Both the position numbers and the translations under genes were made by a program. A stretch of DNA of 64,000 nucleotides. It comes from Myxococcota bacterium. GTDB taxonomy: Bacteria; Myxococcota_A; Polyangia; Nannocystales; Nannocystaceae. Positions 1 through 10,343 of this stretch are shown here, piece by piece. Position 1 is the first letter of the stretch; each line of letters starts with the position of its first letter. Location: positions 1-64,000 of the forward strand of contig JBCCHT010000043.1 of assembly GCA_039028615.1 (NCBI GenBank), read 5' to 3'. Below the pieces are notes generated by a model. It was not told the DNA's origin. It saw only the letters and a list, made by a program, of their open reading frames with translations, and did no database searches.

Positions 1-268
1 GCCGAAGCAGAACGCCACAACCGTTCGCTCGGGAGAACGCGCCGCGGGGAGGGCTGAAGCGAAGCCGCGTAGGATGGAGGGGGGCCCGGTCGCGCGGAGG
101 CGGCCGCCGACACCCGTCGCGAAACACCCCGCTGCAACGGCCGCCGAGCACGTCCGGGGAGGGTTCCAGCCGTCAACAGGCGAGCCCTTCAGTCGAACAT
201 TCGCCGAACCATCTCCGAGCACTCCCGCCTCTCGCAGGAACACCCCAGCCCCGCGCCCCCTTCGCAGC

Positions 269-862
269 CTAGAACTTCGACGAAACCGTCAGCATCAGCA
301 GACGATCGTTCGAGTCCCGCAACCGCGCACTGAGCGTCCGAACGAATCGCCAGAGCAGCTCATACGCAAGCTCCCGATCCACGAACATGAGGTCGCGAAG
401 GTCGTCCTTCGGAAGCCGAAGCAGCCGCGACTCCTCGTGCGCGATGGCATCCGCCGACCGCGGCACGTCGTCATCGACGATGGACATCTCGCCGAAGTAC
501 ATCCCCGGCTTGAGGATCGCCAACGCCTCCTCACCAACCCCGGAGACGCTACGGCTGATCCGAACCGCTCCCGTCAGGATGAGGTAGAGCCCGTCGCCCT
601 GGTCACCGTGCCGGAACACGGCCTCGCCAGGCCGGTAGTGCACCTCGCGGACCAGGTTCGCGATGCGCTGGAGGTGCACGGGCAGCAAGCCGTCGAACAG
701 CGAGACCTGCCGCAGCATCCGCTTGAGCACATCCAGGCGCTGCGTCTGCTCGTGCTCGGGAGGCACCGTGGTCGGGGCGGCCTCGCTCTGTTGCTTGATC
801 GGCTCGACGACCGAGTCTTCGGCATCGTCGACGATCCCCAGTTCTTCTAGACCGGCGCCCAT
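269..862 (-). CDS. Cyclic nucleotide-binding domain protein (CRP-like cNMP domain, no HTH)
   Basis: Motifs VFRHGDQGDGLYLILTGAVRI, YFGEMSI and PRSADAIA; start chosen at ATG 862 inside ORF 269..1027. Confidence 0.85.
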   Translation of the reverse strand: MGAGLEELGIVDDAEDSVVEPIKQQSEAAPTTVPPEHEQTQRLDVLKRMLRQVSLFDGLLPVHLQRIANLVREVHYRPGEAVFRHGDQGDGLYLILTGAVRISRSVSGVGEEALAILKPGMYFGEMSIVDDDVPRSADAIAHEESRLLRLPKDDLRDLMFVDRELAYELLWRFVRTLSARLRDSNDRLLMLTVSSKF

Positions 863-1073
863 GGCTCGTCGGAACAGTACCCCACCCCGATGCGATCCGC
901 CCACTGAACGGAGAATCCAGGCATCTCGGGGAACGCCGTACGGCGCCTCGAACACCGCACTTCGGGTGCACCAGCCCCCGAGGCACGCCCAGGCCACGGC
1001 TCCAACGTGCCCGGCCGGGCGGGGCAAAACCGTCCAATCGTAGTTTCACGGGCCCGCCGGCCGTGTTTTCGCC

Positions 1074-2132
<1,059 letters not shown>

Positions 2133-2251
2133 GGCTGGGCTCGCAGCGAGGATAACGACTCGCGGGGCGACGTGCGACGCACGGGCCCGCGTTCGGGCCG
2201 CGCCTCACCGCACGAGGAGGGAAACGCACGACCCGCGAGATCGGTGTGCGC

Positions 2252-3487
2252 TCAGTCGTGGCGCAACGCTTCGATGGGATCGAGCCGGGCCGCGCGCATG
2301 GCCGGATAGAGCCCGGAGACGAGCCCGACCGCGACCGAGACGCCAGTGGCCAGCAGCACCGAGGAGGCCGTCACCACGGTGGGCCAGCCGGCGTAGGCGG
2401 CCACCACCTGGGCGATGCCGACGCCCAGGATCACCCCCGCGATGCCCCCGAGCAGCGAGAGGCTGAACGACGTGAGCAAGAACTGGAAGCGGATGTCGCG
2501 ACGACGAGCGCCCACCGCCCGCCGCACGCCGATGGAGCGGGTCTGCTCGAGCACGGAGGCCAGCATGATGTTCATGATGCCGATGCCGCCCACGAGCAGC
2601 GAGATGCCCGCGATACAGCCCATGACGATGTTGAACAGGCGCTGGGTCTCGCGGCTCTGGGCCAGCAAGGCCTCGGGCACGATGACCTCGTAGTCCTTGG
2701 CCCCGCCGTGGAGCCGGGAGAGCAGGCCGTCGATGGTGGCCGCGACCTCGCCGGGCGCGGCGTCGTCTGCCACTCGCACCACGATCTCGGACAGCGGGGA
2801 CTGCAGCGGGTCGCGCTCGAACTTGCGAAGGGCGGTGGTGAAGGGCACGTAGATCTCGCGCGCCCGAGAGGCCACCGAGACCCCCTGCACGGAGCCGCCG
2901 CTGGGCTCGTTGGCGATGACGCCGATGACCTCGAGCCAGACGTCGTCGACCTTGAGGTGCTGGCCGATCGCGTCGTCGGTGCCGAACAGGTCGCGGCGGG
3001 TGGCCGAGCCGATGACGCAGACCTGGGCGTGCGCGCTCTCGTCGAGGGCGTCGAAGAAGCGACCGGAGGCGAGCGGGAGCTGCACGAGCCCGGCGTGGAA
3101 GCGAGAGACGCCGAAGACGGTGGACTCGCTCTTGCCGCCCGCGGACAGCACCTTGTAGGGCTCGATGGACAGCCGGGGCGCGACGACCTCGGCGTCGGAG
3201 ACCGCCTCGCCGATGGCTTGCACGTCGCGGCGGGAGACGCCGATGGACTTTTTGCGCAGCTCCTCGAGCTCGTCGGCCTCGAAATCCTTGGCCCGCACGA
3301 CGACGTTGCGCACGCCCATGCGATCGATGAGGGCCAGGGCGCTCTCTTCTGCGCCCGCGCCGATCGACAGCATGGAGATCACCGCCCCGACGCCGAACAT
3401 GATGCCCAGCATGGTGAGCCCGGTGCGGAGCTTGTGCTCCGCGAGGCTCTGCAGCGCCGCCCACAGGGCATCCGAGCTGCGCATCAT
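2252..3487 (-). CDS. MacB-like ABC transporter permease (FtsX family)
   Basis: LRTGLTMLGIMFGVGAVI, ISLLVGGIGIMNIMLASV, IGVRRAVGA and YPAMRAARLDPIEALR. Confidence 0.93.
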   Translation of the reverse strand: MMRSSDALWAALQSLAEHKLRTGLTMLGIMFGVGAVISMLSIGAGAEESALALIDRMGVRNVVVRAKDFEADELEELRKKSIGVSRRDVQAIGEAVSDAEVVAPRLSIEPYKVLSAGGKSESTVFGVSRFHAGLVQLPLASGRFFDALDESAHAQVCVIGSATRRDLFGTDDAIGQHLKVDDVWLEVIGVIANEPSGGSVQGVSVASRAREIYVPFTTALRKFERDPLQSPLSEIVVRVADDAAPGEVAATIDGLLSRLHGGAKDYEVIVPEALLAQSRETQRLFNIVMGCIAGISLLVGGIGIMNIMLASVLEQTRSIGVRRAVGARRRDIRFQFLLTSFSLSLLGGIAGVILGVGIAQVVAAYAGWPTVVTASSVLLATGVSVAVGLVSGLYPAMRAARLDPIEALRHD

Positions 3488-4752
3488 TGGACCGGACCGC
3501 CTTCCTCCTTGGGCTTTGCGCCGTCGTCGTCGCCGGACTTGTCGAGCAAGTCGGCGGCGGCCTGGTGGGGGTCGCGAAGCGCGATGTGATCGCCGGCTTC
3601 GAGACCCTCGAGCACGACCACCCGGCCCGCGCTCGACGAGCCCAGCTTCACCTCGACCTCCTCGAACCCGGAGCCCTGGCGGCGATGGACGAACATGCGC
3701 CCGTCGTCCTCGAACACCGCCTGGCGCGGCACGACGATGGCATCGGGCTGCTCGAGGATGATGGTGGCCTGCACCCGCTGCCCGACCTTCATGACCGCGG
3801 CATCGGTCTCGGACAGCTTCAGGGTGACGCCGAAGTACTGCACGGGCACCTTGGGGTGCTTGGGCTTGGCCAGGGTGTCGACCCGGGCGACCGTGGCCTC
3901 GTAGATCCGCTCGGAGTGCGCCTCGACCCGCAGCTCGGCGGGCAGGCCCTCGGCCAGATCGCCCGCGTCGGCCTCGAGCACGAACAGCTCGGCCTCCATG
4001 TCGGTGACCAGCGGGATCTCGGCGACCTTCTGGCCCGGCCAGATGGTGTCGCCCACGCGCATCGGGTTGCCCCGCCAGTCGCGCTCGAGCACGAGGATGC
4101 CGGCATGGGGGGCGGAGATCTCGAGCCGCTCGAGGCCCTCTTTGGCGCGGTCGACCTCGCTCTGCGCGTGCTTGCGGTTGATGTCGTGCACATCGACCTG
4201 GCCGCGGGAGACCGCGCCCTCGACCTCTTTGACCCGGCGCGCGTGCTGGGCCCGCGCCTGAGCCAGGTCGGCGTCGATGCGGGTCTCGATCATCTCGTTG
4301 CGGGACAGGATGCGCTCGTCGTCGGTCTGCAGCGAGCGCGCCATCTCGACCTCGACCCCGGCCAGCGCGGCGGTGCGGTCGCGGGCACGCCCCTTGGCCA
4401 AGCCCATGGCGCGCTCTTTGGCGATCTCCTGGCGAGCCGCGGTGACGTCGTCCTGGCTGTCCTCGAGCTTGCGCGTCATCTCGGAGTCGTCGAAGCGCAC
4501 CACGACCTCGCCCGGCTCGACGTGGGTGCCATCGACCGCGACCCAGGCGATCTTCATGGGCTGACGCGAATCCTGGGGTGCATTGAGCGAGGTGGCCTCG
4601 ACCGCCTGCAGATAGCCCTCGGCGGTCACGCGCCGCACGAAGGCCTCCTGGCGCTGCACCTCGTGGGTGGGCACGTCGGGCGTGCGCTCGACTGGGCCCT
4701 GGCAACCCAGCGAGACGACGAGCAACGCCGCCAGCGCGAGACGGACGTTCAT
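3484..4752 (-). CDS. Efflux periplasmic adaptor subunit (HlyD/MacA family), probable lipoprotein
   Basis: Lipobox VSLGC; DGTHVEPGEVVVRFD; coiled coil; ISAPHAGIL; 4-nt overlaps with neighbouring genes. Confidence 0.88.
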   Translation of the reverse strand: MNVRLALAALLVVSLGCQGPVERTPDVPTHEVQRQEAFVRRVTAEGYLQAVEATSLNAPQDSRQPMKIAWVAVDGTHVEPGEVVVRFDDSEMTRKLEDSQDDVTAARQEIAKERAMGLAKGRARDRTAALAGVEVEMARSLQTDDERILSRNEMIETRIDADLAQARAQHARRVKEVEGAVSRGQVDVHDINRKHAQSEVDRAKEGLERLEISAPHAGILVLERDWRGNPMRVGDTIWPGQKVAEIPLVTDMEAELFVLEADAGDLAEGLPAELRVEAHSERIYEATVARVDTLAKPKHPKVPVQYFGVTLKLSETDAAVMKVGQRVQATIILEQPDAIVVPRQAVFEDDGRMFVHRRQGSGFEEVEVKLGSSSAGRVVVLEGLEAGDHIALRDPHQAAADLLDKSGDDDGAKPKEEGGPVQ

Positions 4753-5954
4753 GATGCCGCCTCCGCCCGCGCGCCTGCGGGGGCCGCCTCGATCTCGTCG
4801 CCTTCCTCGAGGCCCTCGAGCACCTCGACCTGCTCGCCGTTGCGCCGGCCCAGGGTGACCGAGACCGCTTCGACCTCGTCGCCGCGGCGCCGGAAGGCGA
4901 CCGGGCCCTCGGGCGTGGCGGCGATGGCCTCGAGCGGCACGAGCAGAGCGTCTTCGACCCGGGCCGTCTCGACCTTGCCGCGGAACCGCATGCCGGGGCG
5001 GAGCCGACGGCCCTCGGTGTCCTCGAGCGCGATCTTCAGGTGCACGACCTTGAGGGGATTTTCGGGGCTCTGCCGCTGCACGGTGTTGGTGATCTGCCGG
5101 ACCCGCCCGCGCACCTCGGTGTCGGCCTGGGCATCGAGCCGCAGCGAGACCACCTGCCCCTCGGAGACCCGGCTGGCGTCGACCTCGTCGATCTCGCCGC
5201 GGGCTTCCATCTCTTCGAGCGAGACCACCTGCATCACCGTCTCGGCCCGCCAGGCGTTGTCGCCGACCTTCTTTTTCTCGCCCTGCCAGTTGGTCTCGTA
5301 GATCACGGTGCCGCCCCGCGGGGAGGGCACGATCATTTTTTTGATGGCGCTGTCGATCTCGGCCACGCGCTCCTCGGCCCGGTCGCGCTGGCTCCGCCAG
5401 CGGTCGATGTCGGACTGCTGCGCCCGCTGGGAGGACTGCGACTTGCGACGCTGGTAGGCGACCTTCTTCTCGGCCAGCTCGAGGTCGAGCCGGGCCTTGT
5501 CGAGCTCGAGCACCGCCGTGATCTCGGGCGGCGCCTCGGCCTTGAGCCGCGCCTTGCGAAGCTCGGCCTCGGCCTCGGCCAGCGCCAAGCGGTTGTCTTG
5601 CTCGGCCACCCGGGCCGAGGACTGGCTCATGGCCAGCTGCTTGGCGGCGGAGTCCCGCTCGGTGGTCTTTTCTTCGAGGCGACGCTGCAGCTCGGAGGTA
5701 TCGAAGCCGAGGACCGGAGCGTCCTTTTCGATCTCGGTGCCCTCGGGGGCCATCATGGCGATCTTGTAGTTCCAGACCCCGGCCAACCCCGGGGGGCCGA
5801 TGGTGTTGGAGTCGACCGCGGCCAAGGTGCCCGTGACGTCGATGTCGACGACCAGGGTGCCGCGCTCGACCTGGACCCACTGCCCGTCGTCTCGGGGTGA
5901 GCCGCAGGCCACGGCGCACAGCAGGGCCACGATGCACAGCCAGCGCAGCATCAT
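4749..5954 (-). CDS. Efflux periplasmic adaptor subunit (HlyD/MacA family), probable lipoprotein
   Basis: Lipobox AVAC; EGTEIEKDAPVLGFD; VPSPRGGTVI; LRPGM. Confidence 0.88.
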   Translation of the reverse strand: MMLRWLCIVALLCAVACGSPRDDGQWVQVERGTLVVDIDVTGTLAAVDSNTIGPPGLAGVWNYKIAMMAPEGTEIEKDAPVLGFDTSELQRRLEEKTTERDSAAKQLAMSQSSARVAEQDNRLALAEAEAELRKARLKAEAPPEITAVLELDKARLDLELAEKKVAYQRRKSQSSQRAQQSDIDRWRSQRDRAEERVAEIDSAIKKMIVPSPRGGTVIYETNWQGEKKKVGDNAWRAETVMQVVSLEEMEARGEIDEVDASRVSEGQVVSLRLDAQADTEVRGRVRQITNTVQRQSPENPLKVVHLKIALEDTEGRRLRPGMRFRGKVETARVEDALLVPLEAIAATPEGPVAFRRRGDEVEAVSVTLGRRNGEQVEVLEGLEEGDEIEAAPAGARAEAAS

Positions 5955-7159
5955 CCCGCCACCCTCGCCGGCTGGAGTGCGGCGCCCTCTTCGAGGCCAG
6001 CCAGCACGATGCAGTGCTGCGCGTTGCAGGCCCCGAGCTCGACGGGCACCTCTTCGCCCGAAGAACGCCACGCGACGGGCGGCTCCACCGAGGGGTCGAC
6101 CGCGACCCGAGGCACGAGCAGCACATCCTCGTGAAGGGCGGCGACGACGTCGGCCTTGACCGAGAACCCGGGGCGCATGACCTCGGGATCGGCGTCCTGC
6201 AGCTCGAGGACCACGGAGAAGAAGCGCCGCGCGGAGCGGGCCTGGGGCTCGCGGGCCACCGGGCTCACGCTGAGGACCCGCGCCTCCATGGGCCGCTCGG
6301 GGAAGGCATCGACGACGACCTGAGCGGTCATTCCCGCTTCGATGGTGCCGTCGTCGACGTCGCTGAGCTGGGCCTTGACGAGCATGGATTGCAGCTCGGG
6401 CATCTTGGCGACCACCGCCCCGGGCCACACCGTCTCCCCGACCTGGAGCTTGCGCCCCTCCCAGGGGTGCTCGCCCACCGAGACCACGCCGTCGCGCGGG
6501 GCCTGCAGAACGAGGGCGTCGATCTGCTCGTCGGCGCTGTCGAGACGGCGGCGCGCCTTGGTCAGGGCGATGCGCTCGACCTCCTCGGCCAGGCGCCCCG
6601 CCTCGATGGCCGCCCGCAGGTCGTCCTCGGCGGTCGCCAGCGCAGTGGCGGCCTTCTTCTCGGCGAGCAGGAATTGCTGGAACTCGCGCCGCGAGACCAG
6701 CTCGGGATCGACCTGGGCATCGAGCTCGGCCTTGGCCAACGCGATGCGCTGGCTCGCGACCTCGAAGCGCTTGTCCTCGATCTCGACCGCGCTGCGGGCC
6801 CGCTCGCCCGAGAGCTCGATGCCGGCCTGGATGACCGCGAGCTCGTAGTCGCTGATCTGCTCGAGGATGGCGGTGTTGTCGAGCTCGGCCACCCGATCGC
6901 CCGCGTGCACGAAGGCGCCGTCCTCGGCGAGCCAGCGGATGGAGATGGCCCAGCTGTCGGTGCGCGGCACGAGTAAGTCGTGGGCCTCGGCCGCCTCGAG
7001 CTCGCCCGTGAGCAGCACGTGGTGCTCGAGCGACCCGCGGGTGACGGAGAGCGAGGCGACGGGGCTGGTGTCGCCGGGCGAGGCCGGGGCGCAACCCGCC
7101 GCGGCGAGCGCGAGCCCCCACCCGAGGGCCCACCGAAGGCGAGACGACTCAGCGGGCAT
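5951..7159 (-). CDS. Efflux periplasmic adaptor subunit (HlyD/MacA family), probable lipoprotein
   Basis: Lipobox AAAGC; DGAFVHAGDRVAELD; LQAPRDGVV; MRPGFSV. Confidence 0.87.
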   Translation of the reverse strand: MPAESSRLRWALGWGLALAAAGCAPASPGDTSPVASLSVTRGSLEHHVLLTGELEAAEAHDLLVPRTDSWAISIRWLAEDGAFVHAGDRVAELDNTAILEQISDYELAVIQAGIELSGERARSAVEIEDKRFEVASQRIALAKAELDAQVDPELVSRREFQQFLLAEKKAATALATAEDDLRAAIEAGRLAEEVERIALTKARRRLDSADEQIDALVLQAPRDGVVSVGEHPWEGRKLQVGETVWPGAVVAKMPELQSMLVKAQLSDVDDGTIEAGMTAQVVVDAFPERPMEARVLSVSPVAREPQARSARRFFSVVLELQDADPEVMRPGFSVKADVVAALHEDVLLVPRVAVDPSVEPPVAWRSSGEEVPVELGACNAQHCIVLAGLEEGAALQPARVAG

Positions 7160-7880
7160 GACTGGCCTCGTGCGGGGTAGCGCCGACACGACGGCCCTCG
7201 CCGTCGCCCACCACCTCGCCATCGGCGAGGCGAATGGCCCGCGGACACTGCCGGGCGATGGCGGGCTCGTGGGTGACCAGCACGATGGTGTTGCCGGCCT
7301 CGTGCAGCTCGTAAAACAGCTGCATCGTCTCGCGCTCGGTCGAGGAGTCGAGGTTGCCCGTGGGCTCGTCGGCGAGCAGCAGCGTGGGTGACCCCACCAG
7401 GGCCCGCGCGATGGCGACGCGTTGCCGCTCACCGCCGGACATCTGGTTGGGGCGATGACCGACCCGGTGACCCAGGCCCACCCGCTGCAGCGCAGCCGTG
7501 GCCAGCACCTTTCGCTTGCTGCGGGGCACGCCGCGATACACCAGCGGCAGCGAGACATTGGTCAGGGCCGACGAGCGCGCCAGCAGCTGGAAGCTCTGGA
7601 AGACGAAGCCGATGTGCTCGTTGCGCAGCGTCGACAAGGCGTCGTCGGACAGGCCCTGCACGTCTTGGCCGCCCAACCGGTAGGTGCCGCGCGTGGGCCG
7701 ATCGAGGCAGCCGAGCAGGTTCATCAACGTGGTCTTGCCCGAGCCCGAGCGACCGACGATGGCCACGAATTCACCCGGGCGAATGGTGAAATTCACGCCA
7801 CGCAAGGCGGAGATGGTCTCTCCACCCATGCGGAACTCACGATGGAGGTCGATGACCTCGATGGCGGGGGCGACGGCCAT
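7149..7880 (-). CDS. ABC transporter ATP-binding protein (LolD/MacB type)
   Basis: Walker A GRSGSGKT, signature [15 protein letters not shown], Walker [14 protein letters not shown]-loop VTHE. Confidence 0.95.
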   Translation of the reverse strand: MAVAPAIEVIDLHREFRMGGETISALRGVNFTIRPGEFVAIVGRSGSGKTTLMNLLGCLDRPTRGTYRLGGQDVQGLSDDALSTLRNEHIGFVFQSFQLLARSSALTNVSLPLVYRGVPRSKRKVLATAALQRVGLGHRVGHRPNQMSGGERQRVAIARALVGSPTLLLADEPTGNLDSSTERETMQLFYELHEAGNTIVLVTHEPAIARQCPRAIRLADGEVVGDGEGRRVGATPHEASHAR

Positions 7881-8253
7881 ACGGGGATCGGTGAGGGCGG
7901 GGTCGTGCTCGGGATCGCAGCGGAACCGCGTCGCTCGGGCGACGCCGCCCTTTGCCTCTGCACGATCGAGACCAACCCTCACGCGAGGTTTTGTGCCTCC
8001 ACGAGCGCCGGTTGTTTCGGCGCGATTGCCCGAAATGCCTGGGTTTTCTCGCTCCTGCTCACGATTGCGCATGGACCGCTGGCTCCCGCGCCGACGCGAG
8101 GAGTGACGAACTGTCTCCATGACACGTCGAGCCCTGTCATTGGTTCCGAGCCGCCGCGGGCCGTTCGCCAGGGCAGGTCGGCGCCCACGGCCGGGTTGCT
8201 TGCATTTGGGCCGACTTCGTTCACATCCCGGACAGCCCGACAGCAGCGACGCC

Positions 8254-8835
8254 ATGCCCAATCCCCGGTACTCCCTCGCGTGCGCCTTCGGTGCACTCCT
8301 GTTCGCCAGCGCCTGCTCGAAGTCGACGACCGAGCAGCAGAGCCTCCCGCCGCTCGAGACGGTGAGCAGCGTCGACCTCGAGCGGTACGTGGGCACTTGG
8401 TACGAGATCGCGAGCTACCCCCAGCGATTCCAGAAGGACTGCACCGGCACCACCGCCACCTACGCCGCAAAGCCCAACGGACAGATCGACGTGCTCAACC
8501 GCTGCCGCAAGGGCAGCCTCGAGGGCCCGCTCGACGAGGCGCAAGGGCGAGCTCGCGTCGTCGACGAAAAGACGCGGGCCAAGCTCGAGGTCAGCTTCTT
8601 CGGGCCCTTTTGGGGCGACTACTGGATCATCGACCTCGACGAGGACTATCGCTACGCCGTGGTCGGGCATCCGGGTCGCGACTACCTGTGGATCCTCAGC
8701 CGCGAGCCTCAGCTCGATCCCGAGACCACCGACGGCATCCTGGAGCGACTCCGCGAGCAGCACTACGACACGTCGCGGTTGCAGTGGACGCTGCAGCCGC
8801 CCGCGGAGCAGGCCGATCGTACCGCTCGGCGTTGA
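8254..8835 (+). CDS. blc: Blc-type lipocalin lipoprotein
   Basis: Lipobox FASAC; VDLERYVGTWYEIA; YWIIDLDEDYRYAVVG; YLWILSR. Confidence 0.92.
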   Translation: MPNPRYSLACAFGALLFASACSKSTTEQQSLPPLETVSSVDLERYVGTWYEIASYPQRFQKDCTGTTATYAAKPNGQIDVLNRCRKGSLEGPLDEAQGRARVVDEKTRAKLEVSFFGPFWGDYWIIDLDEDYRYAVVGHPGRDYLWILSREPQLDPETTDGILERLREQHYDTSRLQWTLQPPAEQADRTARR

Positions 8836-8923
8836 CGGCAGCCCCCTCGTAGACGCCCGCGTCGCCCCCTCCACGGGGTGATTGCGGGCGTTCCCGTCTG
8901 CGCTCCGTCATGGTCTTCGCACC

Positions 8924-9601
8924 ATGGCATTCCCGTCCCGCCGCTCCGTGATCATCGGAGGCCTCGGCTCCGCCGTCGTCGCCACCTCGGCCGTCGTGGG
9001 CACGCGAGCCTACGCCGCAGACATCGAGAAGCCCGCGTACGAAGTCGTCGCGCGCCACCCCGGCTTCGAAGTCCGACGCTACGCCCCGCGACTGGTGGCC
9101 GAGGTCGAGGTGCAGGGGCGAGGCAAGGATGCCGCCAACGCGGGCTTTCGTGTCCTGGCCAACTTCATCTTCGGCGACAACGTGCGTCGCACCGAGATCG
9201 CCATGACCGCGCCCGTCGATCGGCAGGCGCTGTCCGAGGAGATCGCCATGACCGCGCCCGTCGACCGCACGCAGGCGGGCAAGGAGCGCTGGGTCATCGC
9301 GTTCACGATGCCCAGCAAGTACACCGCGGAGACCCTGCCCCGCCCCAACGACGAGCGGGTGATGATTCGCGAGATTCCGCGCTCGCACTTCGCCGCCGTG
9401 CGCTTCTCGGGATCTCCGGGCGAGAAGTCGGTGCAGCGTCGGATGCAGGCACTCGAAGACGCGGTCGAGACGGCGGGGCTGACCTCGGCCGGCCGTCCCC
9501 CCGTCTACTCCCGCTACGACCCGCCCTGGACGCTGCCCTTCCTGCGTCGCAACGAGATCCAGCTGGAGCTGGTGATGGACGAGCCTAGCTCTTCCCCCTG
9601 A
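8924..9601 (+). CDS. SOUL heme-binding family protein with Tat-like signal
   Basis: SRRSVII N-terminus; EKPAYEVV, FEVRRY, GFRVLANFIFG, IAMTAPV (twice) and YDPPWTLPFLRRNEI. Confidence 0.92.
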   Translation: MAFPSRRSVIIGGLGSAVVATSAVVGTRAYAADIEKPAYEVVARHPGFEVRRYAPRLVAEVEVQGRGKDAANAGFRVLANFIFGDNVRRTEIAMTAPVDRQALSEEIAMTAPVDRTQAGKERWVIAFTMPSKYTAETLPRPNDERVMIREIPRSHFAAVRFSGSPGEKSVQRRMQALEDAVETAGLTSAGRPPVYSRYDPPWTLPFLRRNEIQLELVMDEPSSSP

Positions 9602-10256
9602 CCACTGGCCAGGGACCGCGCGCCAGAGACTCGCAGGTGGCATCGGCCGCCGCGGGCGTGTAGGCGAAGGCCACCTCGTTCTGCTCGGAGGTGTTCTTCG
9701 CCACCGCCCCGAGGCAGGCGCCCTTGCTCCCCAGGATCTCCTGCCGCACGTCGACGGTGCCCCGCCCCGACAGCCGCTCGGGGCGGAAGGACGCCTTCGC
9801 CTCGGTGATCGAGCGGTTCGACACGTAGAGTTCACCGCTACACACGGGCGCATCGACCCGGATGGTCATGCCGGGGTTGCCATCCCCGTCGATGTCCTCG
9901 TTGGACCAGCTCACCAGCGAACGCCCCGTGAGCCGCTCCGACTCCTCCCCCGCGGCAAAGAACATGTGCGTGGTGGGCAGCGACTCGACGTCGATGTCGA
10001 TGGTCGCCCCTCCCAGCTTCGCGAACTCCATGCGGCATGCGGTCTGCTCGAGTTCGAAGATGTCTCCTCGCCGACGGAGTCGGGCGATCATGTAGCTATC
10101 GGTTCGAGTGGTGACTTCACCCTTGAACGGCACCCGACGTTTCCCGAATGTGGCCTGGTGACCGGCCCATACAGAGACCGACTGCTCGGTGTCCGCCTCG
10201 GCTGAAGTCACACCAAGCCAAGAGATCATCGTCGTCATGAGTAGAGACCACAACAT
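9585..10256 (-). CDS. Hypothetical secreted protein
   Basis: Signal-like N-terminus, four cysteines, AGGAG RBS upstream. Confidence 0.65.
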   Translation of the reverse strand: MLWSLLMTTMISWLGVTSAEADTEQSVSVWAGHQATFGKRRVPFKGEVTTRTDSYMIARLRRRGDIFELEQTACRMEFAKLGGATIDIDVESLPTTHMFFAAGEESERLTGRSLVSWSNEDIDGDGNPGMTIRVDAPVCSGELYVSNRSITEAKASFRPERLSGRGTVDVRQEILGSKGACLGAVAKNTSEQNEVAFAYTPAAADATCESLARGPWPVVRGKS

Positions 10257-10310
10257 GGAACATTTCTCCTATGCCCCGTAGGAGGGCACGAGGAGTCTTC
10301 AACCTTCCCT

Positions 10311-10321
10311 TTTGTTGTCAA
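10311..10321 (-). promoter_or_regulatory. TTGACAACAAA motif in the divergent region upstream of crtI; candidate operator or -35 element
   Basis: 10/11 identical to TTGACAACGAA at 17280-17290 between crtD and crtE. Confidence 0.4.
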
Positions 10322-10343
10322 ACATCCGAACCCCTTCACGCTC

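Noticed and set aside
1..268. Possible gene or RNA at the window start
   Set aside because: No recognisable motif or convincing frame; the context is truncated.
9194..9264. 26-bp direct repeat at 45-bp spacing
   Set aside because: Encodes the duplicated IAMTAPV motif that is usual in bacterial SOUL proteins.
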